This document shows, in pieces, positions 9,429 through 20,630 of a stretch of DNA of 64,000 bases. This DNA comes from Pseudomonadota bacterium (lineage in GTDB: Bacteria > Pseudomonadota > Alphaproteobacteria > Micropepsales > Micropepsaceae). The notes under the pieces are model-generated. The model ran no database searches and was not told the origin of the DNA. It saw nothing but the letters and a program-made list of their open reading frames with translations. Location of the stretch: assembly GCA_040389405.1 (NCBI GenBank), contig JAZJZY010000002.1, positions 740,575-804,574 on the forward strand, read 5' to 3'. The position numbers were made by a program, and so were the translations under genes. Every line of letters begins with the position of its first letter. Position 1 is the stretch's first letter.

Positions 9429-10115
9429 ATGACAACGCCCGTCACCAGCACAAACCAGAATCCCGCCGCTGCAAGCTCCGGCAGCGCGGCAGGCTCGGAT
9501 GCGATGTCGCAGCTGTCCGGCAACTTCAACACCTTCCTCACTTTGCTGACCAGCCAGCTGAAGAACCAGGATCCCACCAGCCCGATGGATTCCAGCACCT
9601 TCACCCAGCAGTTGGTGATGTACAGCCAGGTCGAGCAGCAGATCGGCACCAACACCAACCTCAAGACCCTGATCGGCCAGGGTTCGACCCAACTCGGCGC
9701 CTACGCCACCTCCTATCTGGGCAAGGCGGTTTCGGTGACCAACGGCAATGCCGCGCTGAACAGCGGTTCGGCGATGTGGACCTACAGCCTGGGCACCACA
9801 GCCAGCTCCAACACGCTGACCGTGACCGACGCCAACGACAAGGTGGTCTATTCCGGCAATGGCGAAACCGGGTCGGGCACGCACCAGTTCAACTGGAACG
9901 GCAAGGACAATAACGGCAACCAGCTCGCCGACGGCACCTACAAGCTGACGGTCAGCGCCAAGGCCCTGGATGGTTCCGGCGTCACCTCCGCAGTCGCCAG
10001 CGCGGGCGTGGTCAACGAAATCGACATGACGTCGGGAACACCGCAGCTGGTGATCGGCACCATGGAAGTCGGACTTGGCGACATCGCCAATGTCGCAAAC
10101 GTCGCAGCGAACTGA
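9429..10115 (+). CDS. flgD: flagellar hook assembly/capping protein FlgD
   Basis: FLTLLTSQLKNQDPTSPMDSSTFTQQLVMYSQVEQ signature plus C-terminal Ig-like domain. Confidence 0.92.
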   Translation: MTTPVTSTNQNPAAASSGSAAGSDAMSQLSGNFNTFLTLLTSQLKNQDPTSPMDSSTFTQQLVMYSQVEQQIGTNTNLKTLIGQGSTQLGAYATSYLGKAVSVTNGNAALNSGSAMWTYSLGTTASSNTLTVTDANDKVVYSGNGETGSGTHQFNWNGKDNNGNQLADGTYKLTVSAKALDGSGVTSAVASAGVVNEIDMTSGTPQLVIGTMEVGLGDIANVANVAAN

Positions 10116-10200
10116 ATTTTTGAACCATAAGACGCCCGGAAGCGGCGTCTCCATAGCGATAGCAGCGGACGAAGGCCAAAGCAGCGCAAGGAAGTAAAAA

Positions 10201-11511
10201 ATGAGTCTGTATGGAGCATTGAATATCGGCGTCGCCGGCCTGAGCGCGAACAGCGCGGCCTTGAGTGCGACTTCCTCCAACATCGCCAACGTCAACACCG
10301 TCGGCTACAAAAACGCGACCGCTGCGTTCCACACCTTTCTCAATGCCGAGAATGGTGTGGGCAACAATGCTTCGGCTGGCGTCGCGGTTTCGGTCGGCCA
10401 GGACATCACCACCCAGGGCCTGCCCACCTCGACCTCGTCGAACACCGACATGTCGATTTCGGGCAACGGCTTCTTCGTGGTGTCCTCCAACGCCGATGGC
10501 AGCGGTGCCCGCGCCTATACCCGCGCCGGCAGCTTCTCCCCCGACGTCAACGGCAATCTGGTCAACACCGCCGGCTTCTACCTGATGGGCTACAAGCTGG
10601 ACTCCGCCGGCAATGTGCCCACCGACGCCAGCGCACTCAGCCTGGTCAACACATCGAGCATCGCCGGCGCTGCCTCGTCCACCAGCAAGCTGGCGATTCA
10701 GGCCAATCTGTCTTCGGCATCGACCGTAGCTGCATCCTATACCGCCGGCCAGATGACCTCCGGTGCCGTCGCGCCCGACTTCACCCGCACCGTCAACGTC
10801 TATGACAGCCAGGGCGGCAGCCAGCCGATCACTTTCTCCTTCATCAAGACGGGCGCCAATCAGTGGGCCTATGAAGCGAGCTATGCCGGCAATGCCGCCA
10901 ACCTGACGGCGGCCGGTCCGATCTCGACCGGCACCGTGGCCTTCAATTCCGACGGCACCTTGGCCAACGTGAACGGCGCCGCACCGGCGTCGGGCAACGT
11001 CGCGCTGACCATTCCCTGGAAGCTTTCGACGTCGGGCCTCAATCCGCAGACCATCTCGCTCAGCCTGGGCACGGTGGGCGGCAGCAATGGCCTGACCCAG
11101 GCCAATGCGCCTTCGGTGCTGAACGGCACCAATATCGACGGCACGCCGTATGGCAGTGTCACCGGCGTGACGGTGGACAAGGACGGCACCGTGACGGCGC
11201 AGTTCTCCAACGGCCTGTCACAGGATGTCTACAAAGTCCCGCTCGCCACATTCACCAATCCGAATGGCCTGGGCCAGATGTCGGGCAATGCCTATGCCGT
11301 GACCAAGGCGAGCGGCGCGGCGAATATCAACTTGGCCGACTCGGGCACTGCGGGATCGATCCAGTCCAAATCGCTGGAAGCTTCGACGGTCGATCTGGCC
11401 ACTGAGTTCACCAATCTGATCACGACTCAGCGCGCCTATTCGGCATCGGCGCGCATCATCACAACGGCGGATCAGATGCTGCAGCAACTCGAGCAGTTGC
11501 CGACCAACTAA
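10201..11511 (+). CDS. flgE: flagellar hook protein FlgE
   Basis: MSLYGALNIGVAGLSANSAALSATSSNIANVNTVGYK N-terminus; C-terminal DLATEFTNLITTQRAYSASARIITTADQML. Confidence 0.93.
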   Translation: MSLYGALNIGVAGLSANSAALSATSSNIANVNTVGYKNATAAFHTFLNAENGVGNNASAGVAVSVGQDITTQGLPTSTSSNTDMSISGNGFFVVSSNADGSGARAYTRAGSFSPDVNGNLVNTAGFYLMGYKLDSAGNVPTDASALSLVNTSSIAGAASSTSKLAIQANLSSASTVAASYTAGQMTSGAVAPDFTRTVNVYDSQGGSQPITFSFIKTGANQWAYEASYAGNAANLTAAGPISTGTVAFNSDGTLANVNGAAPASGNVALTIPWKLSTSGLNPQTISLSLGTVGGSNGLTQANAPSVLNGTNIDGTPYGSVTGVTVDKDGTVTAQFSNGLSQDVYKVPLATFTNPNGLGQMSGNAYAVTKASGAANINLADSGTAGSIQSKSLEASTVDLATEFTNLITTQRAYSASARIITTADQMLQQLEQLPTN

Positions 11512-11525
11512 AAGTAACGCTGTAA

Positions 11526-11562
11526 CTCCGGAAAAGCCCCGCAAACACAGGCTTTTCCGGAG
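11526..11562 (+). terminator. 13-bp perfect hairpin after flgE (member of the CCGGAAAA...TTTTCCGG hairpin family)
   Basis: CTCCGGAAAAGCC-CCGCAAACACA-GGCTTTTCCGGAG, 15 nt after the flgE stop; no U-tract, so terminator function is inferred. Confidence 0.5.
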
Positions 11563-11662
11563 CATTCTAAGGAGCGTCTTATAGGTTCATTTACCACGGC
11601 TCTTGGCCTTTTTTTAAAGGCGCAGCGGCTATTTTGGCAGCCTGACGTGGTTTGGGAGTAGC

Positions 11663-11941
11663 GTGATGATGGAAGAGCGCAAAGGACGAGTGAGCTATGT
11701 CATCGGCCCCGATGGGAGCCCGTTGACGCTCGCCGATCTTCCGCCGCCTTCGACGCGGCGCTGGGTCATCCGGCGCAAGGCCGAAGTTGTTGCCGCTGTG
11801 CGCGGCGGCCTGCTCAGCCTCGACGAAGCCTGCCGCCGCTATACGCTGACAGTGGAGGAATTCCTCGCCTGGCAGCATGCGATCGATCGTTTCGGTCTGG
11901 CCGGTCTTCGCGCGACCAGAGTGCAGCAATATCGTAATTAA
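11663..11941 (+). CDS. sciP: DUF1153 protein, CtrA inhibitor SciP-like
   Basis: RVSYVIGPDGSPLTLADLPPPSTRRWVIRRKAEVVAAVRGGLLSLDEACRRYTLTVEEFLAWQ matches my recollection of Caulobacter SciP almost motif-for-motif. About 90 aa. GGGAG RBS; the start may be ATG 11666. Confidence 0.8.
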   Translation: MMMEERKGRVSYVIGPDGSPLTLADLPPPSTRRWVIRRKAEVVAAVRGGLLSLDEACRRYTLTVEEFLAWQHAIDRFGLAGLRATRVQQYRN

Positions 11942-12003
11942 CGCGGTGCGGCACATTCCTTAAGAAAAGCTTTCCATCCGACGGAAAATTGCCGTCGTTA
12001 TGC

Positions 12004-12019
12004 TTAAGCCAAATTTTAC
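12004..12019 (+). promoter_or_regulatory. imperfect CtrA box upstream of fliF
   Basis: TTAA-GCCAAAT-TTTAC, one mismatch from TTAA-N7-TTAAC; about 55-70 nt upstream of the fliF start. Confidence 0.4.
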
Positions 12020-12071
12020 CACAAGGGCGGCAATGTTTGCCTAGCAGGAACGGTTCCTGGCTGGGAGGATT

Positions 12072-13718
12072 TTGCTCGTGCCCGAATTTTTCAAGGCAGT
12101 CGGTGCCGCACGCTTTGGCGTGATGGCCGGCGTCGCTGCCGTGCTGACCGCATTCTTCCTCTACATCGCGGGCGCGATCACCGAGCCGCCCAAGACCATT
12201 CTGTTCGGCGGGCTGGAGCCGCGCGACGCCGCCGCCGTCACCGCCAAGCTCGACGGCATGAATGTGAAATACGACGCCAAGGGCGACGGCACCATCCTGG
12301 TCCCCGCCGATCAGGTGACCAAGCTGCGCATGGCGCTGGCGCAGGACAATCTGCCCGCAGCCGGCATCGGCTATGAGATCTTCGACAAGTCGGATGCCTT
12401 TGGCACCACTGCCTTTGTCCAGAACATCAACCGTCTGCGCGCCATCGAAGGCGAGCTGGCCCGCTCCATCCAGACCATCGAAGGCGTGCAGAGCGCCCGC
12501 ATCCATCTTGTGGTGCCGGAACGCCAGGTCTTTTCCCGCGACGAACAAACTCCCTCCGCCTCCGTCGTGCTGAAAACCCGCACCGTGATGGGCCGCGGCC
12601 AGGTCGCCGCCATCCAGCATTTGGTGGCCGCCGCGGTCGCATCGCTCAATCCTTCGCGCGTCGCCATCGTCGACGACCGCGGCAATCTTCTGGCCGGCGG
12701 CGACGACAAGACCGGCGCCGACGCCATGGCCGCCAATCAGGAGCAGAGCACCACCGATTACGAAGACCGCCTGCGCCAGCGCATCGAATCCATCGTCACC
12801 AGCGTGGTGGGCGTGGGTCATGTCCGCGTCCAGGTCGCCGCCGACATGAATTACAACCACACCTCCACCACGTCGGAGAGCTACGATCCGGACAGCAAGG
12901 TGGTCCGCTCGACCCAGACGGTCGAGCAGAATGCGTCCGACAATTCCGGCACGGCCCAGAACGCTGTATCCGTCGCCAACGCCTTGCCCAATGCGGCCAG
13001 CGCGACACCCGGCGACAGCAGCAAATCCGCTTCGGGCCGCACCGAGGAAACCACCAATTACGAAATCTCCAAGAAGGTCACGACCTCCACCCAGGATGGC
13101 GGCGATGTGAAGCATCTGTCCGTCGCGGTCGTGGTCGATGGCACGGTGACCGGCGAAGGCACCAACGCACCGTACAAGCCGCGCACCCCTGCCGAGATGA
13201 CCCAGATCACCAGCCTGGTGAAATCCGCCATGGGCTTCGACCAGGCGCGCGGCGACCAGGTTCAGGTTTCCAACATGCCCTTCGCGCGCATGGAAGTGGT
13301 TGCAGGCGAAACGCCGGCCAAGCCATTGCTGGGGCTGGAACCTTCCTATTGGTTCAAGATCATTGAAGCGGCGATCATGTGCCTGACCGCGCTGCTGATC
13401 GGCCTGTTCGTCGCCCGCCCGCTGATCGGCCGCATGTTCGCGCCCAATCCGCCGTCGCAGGCGCAGCCCACCCAGCTTTCCGGCACCTCGCCGGTAGCGG
13501 GCGCCTTGCCCGCGCCAGGTCAGGCGAGCGGCAGCGTCGCCCCCGGTGAGCCTGCCGCCCCGCTGTTGCGCGTCCTTCCCGCCCACCCCGGTCTCGATCT
13601 CAGCCAGATCGAAGGTCAGGTGCGCGATTCGTCCGTCAAGAAAATCGGTGAAGTGGTCAACGCGCATCCCGACGAAGCGCTGGCGATCATCCGCACCTGG
13701 CTGCATCAACCGGTATAA
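12072..13718 (+). CDS. fliF: flagellar MS-ring protein FliF
   Basis: YscJ/FliF family architecture with N-terminal TM, periplasmic ring domains, second TM and C-terminal FliG-binding tail ([10 protein letters not shown]). GGGAGGA RBS; the start may be GTG 12078. Confidence 0.92.
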   Translation: MLVPEFFKAVGAARFGVMAGVAAVLTAFFLYIAGAITEPPKTILFGGLEPRDAAAVTAKLDGMNVKYDAKGDGTILVPADQVTKLRMALAQDNLPAAGIGYEIFDKSDAFGTTAFVQNINRLRAIEGELARSIQTIEGVQSARIHLVVPERQVFSRDEQTPSASVVLKTRTVMGRGQVAAIQHLVAAAVASLNPSRVAIVDDRGNLLAGGDDKTGADAMAANQEQSTTDYEDRLRQRIESIVTSVVGVGHVRVQVAADMNYNHTSTTSESYDPDSKVVRSTQTVEQNASDNSGTAQNAVSVANALPNAASATPGDSSKSASGRTEETTNYEISKKVTTSTQDGGDVKHLSVAVVVDGTVTGEGTNAPYKPRTPAEMTQITSLVKSAMGFDQARGDQVQVSNMPFARMEVVAGETPAKPLLGLEPSYWFKIIEAAIMCLTALLIGLFVARPLIGRMFAPNPPSQAQPTQLSGTSPVAGALPAPGQASGSVAPGEPAAPLLRVLPAHPGLDLSQIEGQVRDSSVKKIGEVVNAHPDEALAIIRTWLHQPV

Positions 13719-13720
13719 TC

Positions 13721-14755
13721 ATGGCAAAAGCCCCCAAACCCGCCGTCAAGGACGATGTGCGCTCTCTCTCCGGAGCCGAGCGCGCCGCCATCATCATGCT
13801 GTCTTTGGGCGAGGATCACTCGGCCAAGCTCTGGTCGATGATGGACGAGGAAGAAGTCAAGGAAGTGTCTCAGGTGATGTCGAACCTGGGTTCGATCTCC
13901 TCCAATGTGATCGAGAAGTTGCTAATCGATTTCGTGTCCCAGATGTCGGGCACCGGCTCCTTGATGGGATCCTATGAATCCACCGAACGGCTGATCGGCC
14001 GCTTCCTGCCGGGCGACAAAGTCTCCCAGATCATGGAAGAAATCCGCGGTCCCGCGGGCCGCACCATGTGGGACAAACTCGCCAATGTGAACGAAAGCGT
14101 GCTGGCGAATTATCTCAAGAACGAATACCCCCAGACCGTTTCGGTGGTCCTGTCCAAGATCAAGCCGGAACACGCCGCCCGCGTGCTGGGCGCCCTGCCC
14201 GAAGAATTCGCCCTGGAAGTGGTGCAGCGGATGCTGCGCATGGAAAGCGTGCAGAAGGACATTCTCGACAAGGTCGAGCAGACTTTGCGGGTGGAATTCA
14301 TGTCGAACCTGGCCCGCACCGCCAAGCGCGACGCGCATGAGCAGATGGCCGAAATCTTCAACAATTTCGACCGCCAGACCGAAAGCCGCTTCATCACGGC
14401 CCTGGAAGAACGTTCGCGCGACTCCGCCGAGCGCATCAAAGCCTTGATGTTCACCTTCGAGGATCTTTCCAAGCTTGATCCGGGCTCGATCCAGACCCTG
14501 CTCCGCAATATCGAGAAGGACAAGCTGGGCCTGGCGCTGAAAGGCGCCACCGACGGGCTGCGCGATGTCTTCTTCACCAATATGAGCGAACGCGCCGGCA
14601 AGATCCTGCGCGAAGACATGGAAGCGATGGGCCCCGTGCGCCTGAAGGACGTGGATGAGGCCCAGATGCGGATGGTCAATGTCGCCAAGGATTTGGCCAA
14701 CAAGGGCGAGATCATGATCGCCGGCGGCAACAGCGAAGACGAGCTGATTTACTGA
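13721..14755 (+). CDS. fliG: flagellar motor switch protein FliG
   Basis: Full-length FliG-like ([29 protein letters not shown]-terminal torque-helix region). Confidence 0.95.
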   Translation: MAKAPKPAVKDDVRSLSGAERAAIIMLSLGEDHSAKLWSMMDEEEVKEVSQVMSNLGSISSNVIEKLLIDFVSQMSGTGSLMGSYESTERLIGRFLPGDKVSQIMEEIRGPAGRTMWDKLANVNESVLANYLKNEYPQTVSVVLSKIKPEHAARVLGALPEEFALEVVQRMLRMESVQKDILDKVEQTLRVEFMSNLARTAKRDAHEQMAEIFNNFDRQTESRFITALEERSRDSAERIKALMFTFEDLSKLDPGSIQTLLRNIEKDKLGLALKGATDGLRDVFFTNMSERAGKILREDMEAMGPVRLKDVDEAQMRMVNVAKDLANKGEIMIAGGNSEDELIY

Positions 14756-15381
14756 TGACCGGCAAACCATCCCACAAATTCACCTTCGACACGGAATTCC
14801 GTGGCGCCAGCGACGTGGCGTCCGAGGCCGCGCGTGCGCGCCAGAAGAAAACCCTGACCGTCGAGGAAATCGAGGCAATGCGCACCAGTGCGCAAGCCGA
14901 AGGCGCCGAAACCGCTTCGGTCCTTGCCGCGGAGAGTATTGAGCGCACGGTCGCCGCACTGGTGATCGCCTTACGCGCGGCATTGGACCAGAGCCATGCG
15001 CAGATCGAAGACGTGCGCGCCGAAGCGGCTTTGCTGGGGCTGGCCGCCGCCAAGAAGATCGCACCCGCCGCTCTGGCCGCACTGCCGGCCGGCGATGTCG
15101 AGAATGCCATGCGCGAAGCCATGCATCAGGCGATCGGCGAACCGCGCATCACCTTGCGCGCCGCGCCCGGCGTGATCGCCGCCCTGCAAGACAGGGTCGA
15201 GGCCATCGCGCATGAAGAAGGATATGACGGCCGGGTGATGCTGGCGGCCGATCCCGCCATCACCGGCGCCGATTGCCGCATCGAATGGCGCGGCGGCGGC
15301 AGCGAACGCAGTGAAGCCGCCATCGAAGCCGCATTGGACGCGCTGATCGCGCGCCGTTTTTCAACACTTAAGACGAGCTGA
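14755..15381 (+). CDS. FliH-like flagellar assembly protein (FlbE position of the Caulobacter fliF operon)
   Basis: About 200-aa Ala/Glu-rich coiled protein. TGATG overlap with fliG. Position between fliG and fliN. Assignment is mainly positional. Confidence 0.6.
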   Translation: MTGKPSHKFTFDTEFRGASDVASEAARARQKKTLTVEEIEAMRTSAQAEGAETASVLAAESIERTVAALVIALRAALDQSHAQIEDVRAEAALLGLAAAKKIAPAALAALPAGDVENAMREAMHQAIGEPRITLRAAPGVIAALQDRVEAIAHEEGYDGRVMLAADPAITGADCRIEWRGGGSERSEAAIEAALDALIARRFSTLKTS

Positions 15382-15392
15382 AAGGAACCGCC

Positions 15393-15749
15393 ATGTCCGG
15401 CACCGATAATGTGGATCTGCCCGATCTGAGCGCGGCGCAAGGCACCGAGCCCGCGTCGCTGCTGAACAACGAAAACGCAAACGAGCCCACGCCGAAGCGT
15501 TCGGCCCAGGACCTGGAAGCGGTATTCGACGTGCCCGTGACGGTGTCCGCCATTCTGGGAAAAAGCGCCATGGAAGTGAGCCAGCTGCTGAAGCTGGGCA
15601 AGGGCACGGTGGTAGAATTGGACCGCAAGGTCGGCGAAGCCATCGACATCTATGTCAATGACCGCCTGGTGGCGCGCGGCGAAGTCGTGCTGGTCGAAGA
15701 CCGGCTGGGCGTCACCATGACGGAAATCATCAAGGCTGGTCAGTCGTAA
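15393..15749 (+). CDS. fliN: flagellar motor switch protein FliN
   Basis: C-terminal SpoA domain: VPVTVSAILGKSAMEVSQLLKLGKGTVVELDRKVGEAIDIYVNDRLVARGEVV. Confidence 0.93.
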   Translation: MSGTDNVDLPDLSAAQGTEPASLLNNENANEPTPKRSAQDLEAVFDVPVTVSAILGKSAMEVSQLLKLGKGTVVELDRKVGEAIDIYVNDRLVARGEVVLVEDRLGVTMTEIIKAGQS

Positions 15750-15770
15750 AGATCAGCGGGAGCAAACATC

Positions 15771-17144
<1,374 letters not shown>

Positions 17145-17151
17145 TTAAATT

Positions 17152-19257
17152 ATGACGGACATCACCAGCGCAGCGCCGTCCGCCGGGCTCGATTTGTCGC
17201 CCGGCAAGCTGCTCGATCATATCAAGAAGAGTGACCTCGGCCTTGCCATTGGCATCATGGCGATCCTGGTGGTGCTCATTCTGCCGCTGCCGACCTGGCT
17301 GCTGGACGTGGCGCTGGCTTTCTCATTGTCCTTTTCGATCCTGATCCTGATGACGGCGGTGTTCATCCGCAAACCACTGGAATTCAGCTCCTTCCCCACC
17401 ATTCTGCTGATTACCACCATGCTGCGGCTGGCGCTCAACCTCGCCTCGACGCGCCTGATCCTGGGCCATGGCAATGAAGGCACCGCCGCGTCCGGCTATG
17501 TCATTCAAGCTTTCGGCAATCTGGTGATGCAGGGCAATTTCGTCATCGGCCTGATCGTCTTCGCCATCCTGATCATCGTCAATTTCGTGGTCATCACCAA
17601 GGGCTCGGGCCGCATCGCCGAAGTGGCCGCCCGCTTCAGTTTGGACGCCATGCCCGGCAAGCAGATGGCGATCGACGCCGATCTGTCCGCCGGCCTGATC
17701 GACGAGAAAGACGCCAAGCTGCGCCGCAAGACCATCGAAGCGGAATCCAACTTCTTCGGCGCCATGGACGGCGCCTCCAAATTCGTGCGCGGCGATGCCA
17801 TCGCCGGCCTCTTGATCGTGGGCGTCAACATTGTCGGCGGCATCATCATCGCCGTGGCGCAAAAAGGCATGAGCTTCGGCAACGCCACCCACACCTTCAC
17901 GCTTCTCTCGGTCGGCGACGGCCTGGTGTCGCAGATGCCAGCCCTGATCGTGTCCACCGCAGCCGGTTTGATGGTGTCCAAGGCCGGCGTCGAAGGCGCC
18001 ACCGACAGGGCATTGATGAACCAATTGTCCTTCTATCCCCAAGCGCTTGGGATGGCGGCGGCCGTGATGGGCATCGTGGCCCTTCTGCCCGGCATGCCGA
18101 CCTTGGTGTTCGGCAGCTTGGCCGGCGGCACCGGCGCACTCGCCTTTTACGCTTTCAAACGCAAGGACGCCCGCGCCGCCGTCGAAATGGCGCAGGAAGT
18201 CAAACCCGACACGGGACCGAAGGAAGAGCCGATCGCCACCGCGCTGGCGCTCGATCTTCTGCGCATCGAGCTCGGCTATGGCCTATTGCCGCTGATCAAC
18301 GATGTGCAGGGTCATCGCATCACCGACCAGATCAAGGCGCTGCGCCGTCAGTTGGCGCAGGAAATGGGCTTCGTCATGCCGGCGGTGCGCATCCTGGACA
18401 ATATGCAATTGGGCGCAAACGAGTATCGCATCCGCATCAAGGAATTCGATTCCGGCAAGGGCGAACTGTTCCCCGGCTCCTTCCTGATCATGGATCCCAA
18501 GGGCTTGCCGATCGATCTGCCCGGCACCCACACCACCGAACCGGCCTTCGGCCTGCCCGCCACCTGGGTGTCGAGTGCCCTGCGCGAGGAAGCGTCATTC
18601 CGCGGCTTCACCGTGGTGGATCCCGGCACGGTGCTGACCACTCATCTCACGGAAGTGCTCAAGAGCCACATGTCCGAGCTGCTCTCCTATGCGGAGACCA
18701 AGAAGCTGCTGGACGATCTGCCGCCGGAGAATAAGAAGCTGGTGGAAGAACTGATCCCGTCGCAGATTTCGGTCACCGGCACGCAGCGCGTGCTGCAGAC
18801 CCTGCTGTCGGAACGCGTCTCGATCCGCGACCTGCCCGCCATCCTGGAAGGCATCGCGGAAGCCGTCGGCCATACCAAGAACGCACTCTATATCACCGAA
18901 CATGTGCGCGCCCGCCTGGCCCGCCAGCTTTGCCACGCCAATCTTTCGCCGGGCGGCTATCTGCCGCTGCTGGCCTTGTCGCCCGCCTGGGAACAGGCCT
19001 TTTCGGAATCCATCGTCGGCCAGGGCGAAGAACGGCAACTGGCGATGGCGCCATCGCAGCTTCAGCAATTCATCCAGACGGTGCGCGAACGCTTCGAGGA
19101 AGCCACCGCCAAGAACGAAGTGCCCGTGCTGCTGACCAGCCCGCAGATCCGCCCTTTCCTGCGCTCCATCATCGAGCGCTTCCGGCCCCAGACGGTGGTG
19201 ATGAGCCAGAATGAAATCCACGCTTCGGTGCGATTGCGCACTTTGGGTCAAATTTAA
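17152..19257 (+). CDS. flhA: flagellar type III export gate protein FlhA
   Basis: FHIPEP family, about 700 aa, with an 8-TM N-terminal domain and a cytoplasmic C-terminal domain. Confidence 0.96.
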   Translation: MTDITSAAPSAGLDLSPGKLLDHIKKSDLGLAIGIMAILVVLILPLPTWLLDVALAFSLSFSILILMTAVFIRKPLEFSSFPTILLITTMLRLALNLASTRLILGHGNEGTAASGYVIQAFGNLVMQGNFVIGLIVFAILIIVNFVVITKGSGRIAEVAARFSLDAMPGKQMAIDADLSAGLIDEKDAKLRRKTIEAESNFFGAMDGASKFVRGDAIAGLLIVGVNIVGGIIIAVAQKGMSFGNATHTFTLLSVGDGLVSQMPALIVSTAAGLMVSKAGVEGATDRALMNQLSFYPQALGMAAAVMGIVALLPGMPTLVFGSLAGGTGALAFYAFKRKDARAAVEMAQEVKPDTGPKEEPIATALALDLLRIELGYGLLPLINDVQGHRITDQIKALRRQLAQEMGFVMPAVRILDNMQLGANEYRIRIKEFDSGKGELFPGSFLIMDPKGLPIDLPGTHTTEPAFGLPATWVSSALREEASFRGFTVVDPGTVLTTHLTEVLKSHMSELLSYAETKKLLDDLPPENKKLVEELIPSQISVTGTQRVLQTLLSERVSIRDLPAILEGIAEAVGHTKNALYITEHVRARLARQLCHANLSPGGYLPLLALSPAWEQAFSESIVGQGEERQLAMAPSQLQQFIQTVRERFEEATAKNEVPVLLTSPQIRPFLRSIIERFRPQTVVMSQNEIHASVRLRTLGQI

Positions 19258-19271
19258 GTGGGGGGTCAGGT

Positions 19272-19922
19272 TTGATCATGCCGATGCTGGTGCAACAGAC
19301 CGCCCAACTTCTGGCCTTTCCCGGCCGCGGCATCAGCCTGCGCGCTGCACTCACACCTGCTCTGAAACATCACCGGTTGCCCGAGCAACTGATCGAAGCC
19401 TATGTCCGCGAAGCGTCTGTCTTTGAAACGTGCGGCATCGACGAAGCCCTGACCCGCGTGCTGGTGGCGCGCATGCATCTTGCGCCGCTCCATCTTGCCG
19501 CCGCCAAACGCATCTTCCTGATCGGCCCGTCCGGCGCCGGCCGCAGCAGCGTCGCCGCCAAGATCGTGCAGTCCGCCGCCCGGGCGGGGCACAATCAGCT
19601 TGTTGTCATCGACTCCCAGGGATTCAATCCCCGCAATCTGCGGGCGCGAATGGCATTCGGCTGCGTCGGAGAACGCCAGAACAGCGAAATCATCGGCGTG
19701 GTTTCGGCCCAGTCCGATGCTGAAGAGGTGAGCGAAATCATCGCCACCTTCCAGCTGAAACGGATCATCGTCACCGGCCTGGACATGGCAGGCCGCTTCG
19801 GCGCGCTGGCAGCGGCAGTGACCCAAGGCGCACAACTGGCGCATGTTTCCCGCTCGCCTCACCCCGACGCGCCGCTGGAATCACTCAGCCCGCACGAGTT
19901 GGCGAATTTACTTCTGAGCTAA
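19272..19922 (+). CDS. minimal, degenerate FlhF-like (SRP-type GTPase-like) protein
   Basis: FLIGPSGAGRSSVAAKI (P-loop with Lys-Thr replaced by Arg-Ser), VVIDSQG (DxxG), IIVTGLDMAGRFG (TKxD-like with Lys lost). Only 216 aa. Immediately after flhA. Confidence 0.55.
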   Translation: MIMPMLVQQTAQLLAFPGRGISLRAALTPALKHHRLPEQLIEAYVREASVFETCGIDEALTRVLVARMHLAPLHLAAAKRIFLIGPSGAGRSSVAAKIVQSAARAGHNQLVVIDSQGFNPRNLRARMAFGCVGERQNSEIIGVVSAQSDAEEVSEIIATFQLKRIIVTGLDMAGRFGALAAAVTQGAQLAHVSRSPHPDAPLESLSPHELANLLLS

Positions 19923-20019
19923 GCGCGCAAGATTTTGGCCTCTGGGCAGGAGCGTCGCGCGGAGCGTGCGACTAGCACGTGAGCACGCGCGACGAACCCA
20001 GAGGGCAAAAGATCAGCGC
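19923..20019. repeat. 97-nt palindromic intergenic repeat, copy A
   Basis: Gapless 80/97 identity to 20534-20630 in direct orientation. Long imperfect hairpin (TTTTGGCCTCTGGG...CCCAGAGGGCAAAA). The end overlaps the doxX stop codon. Confidence 0.85.
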
Positions 20020-20441
20020 TTTTTCTTAGATCCGGGCGGCGGACGGTTGTCCCAGCCGAAAGGCCCGCATCCCATGCCGATCATCATCAGCAGACCACCG
20101 CAGACCGCCACGTCGCGGGAAAAAATTTCGAATTCCGCCTTCCGCGCCACCGCATCCGCGATATGCCAATAATCATGCAGGACGACCGTGGCGACGATGG
20201 TCATACCGAACAGCAGCACCGCGCCATGGCGGGTGTGATAGCCGACCAGGAGCGAGAAGGTGCCCATCACCATCAAGACGAAGGCCAGCACCAACAGCAA
20301 CGGCGCCATCGGCACATGCTTGGCCGTCAGTTCCTGGGACATCTGCGCGAAATTGTTGACGATGTTGTAGGCGCCCGCCCCATAGAACCAGCTGAGCGCG
20401 CAGCGCCCCAGCAATGGTGAAACGGTTTCAGAGAAAGACAT
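20013..20441 (-). CDS. DoxX family membrane protein
   Basis: About 140 aa with four hydrophobic helices and a DoxX-like pattern (…LLVLAFVLMVMGTFSLLVGYHTRHGAVLLFGMTIVATVVLHDYW…). Confidence 0.7.
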   Translation of the reverse strand: MSFSETVSPLLGRCALSWFYGAGAYNIVNNFAQMSQELTAKHVPMAPLLLVLAFVLMVMGTFSLLVGYHTRHGAVLLFGMTIVATVVLHDYWHIADAVARKAEFEIFSRDVAVCGGLLMMIGMGCGPFGWDNRPPPGSKKKR

Positions 20442-20533
20442 GGGTCCGCGCCCCCCGCGACTCAGTTACCGGGATCGTAACCAACCCCACGGCGGGTTCA
20501 ACTGGCTGATTGGTGCGGTCCAAGTTCTGATCG

Positions 20534-20630
20534 GCGCGCAGAATTTTGTTCTCTGGCTAGGAGCGTCGCCCGGAGCGGGCGAATAGCCCGTGAGGACGCG
20601 CGACAACGCCAGAGGACAAAAGGCCAGCGC
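20534..20630. repeat. 97-nt palindromic intergenic repeat, copy B
   Basis: See copy A. Several differences between the copies are compensatory within the predicted hairpin. Ends 1 nt before the fliJ stop codon. Confidence 0.85.

Noticed and set aside
11814-13709. Very long antisense or off-frame ORFs throughout the track. Examples: 256-1017(-), 1512-2702(+), 3150-4778(+), 5167-6624(+), 6263-8050(-), 11814-13709(-), 15753-17129(-), 27741-29066(-), 43093-44094(+), 46861-47994(-), 60151-62079(-).
   Set aside because: All lie opposite to or out of frame with genes that have clear family signatures. Their translations are Arg/Gly/His/Pro-rich low-complexity strings typical of stop-codon-poor non-coding frames in high-GC DNA.
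20013-20441. doxX considered as the displaced fourth gene of the bufferin-like operon 33 kb away.
   Set aside because: DoxX proteins are numerous. Six-Cys (Buf2-type) operons, as I recall, are three-gene units without DoxX. No sigmaF-type motif was seen next to this doxX.
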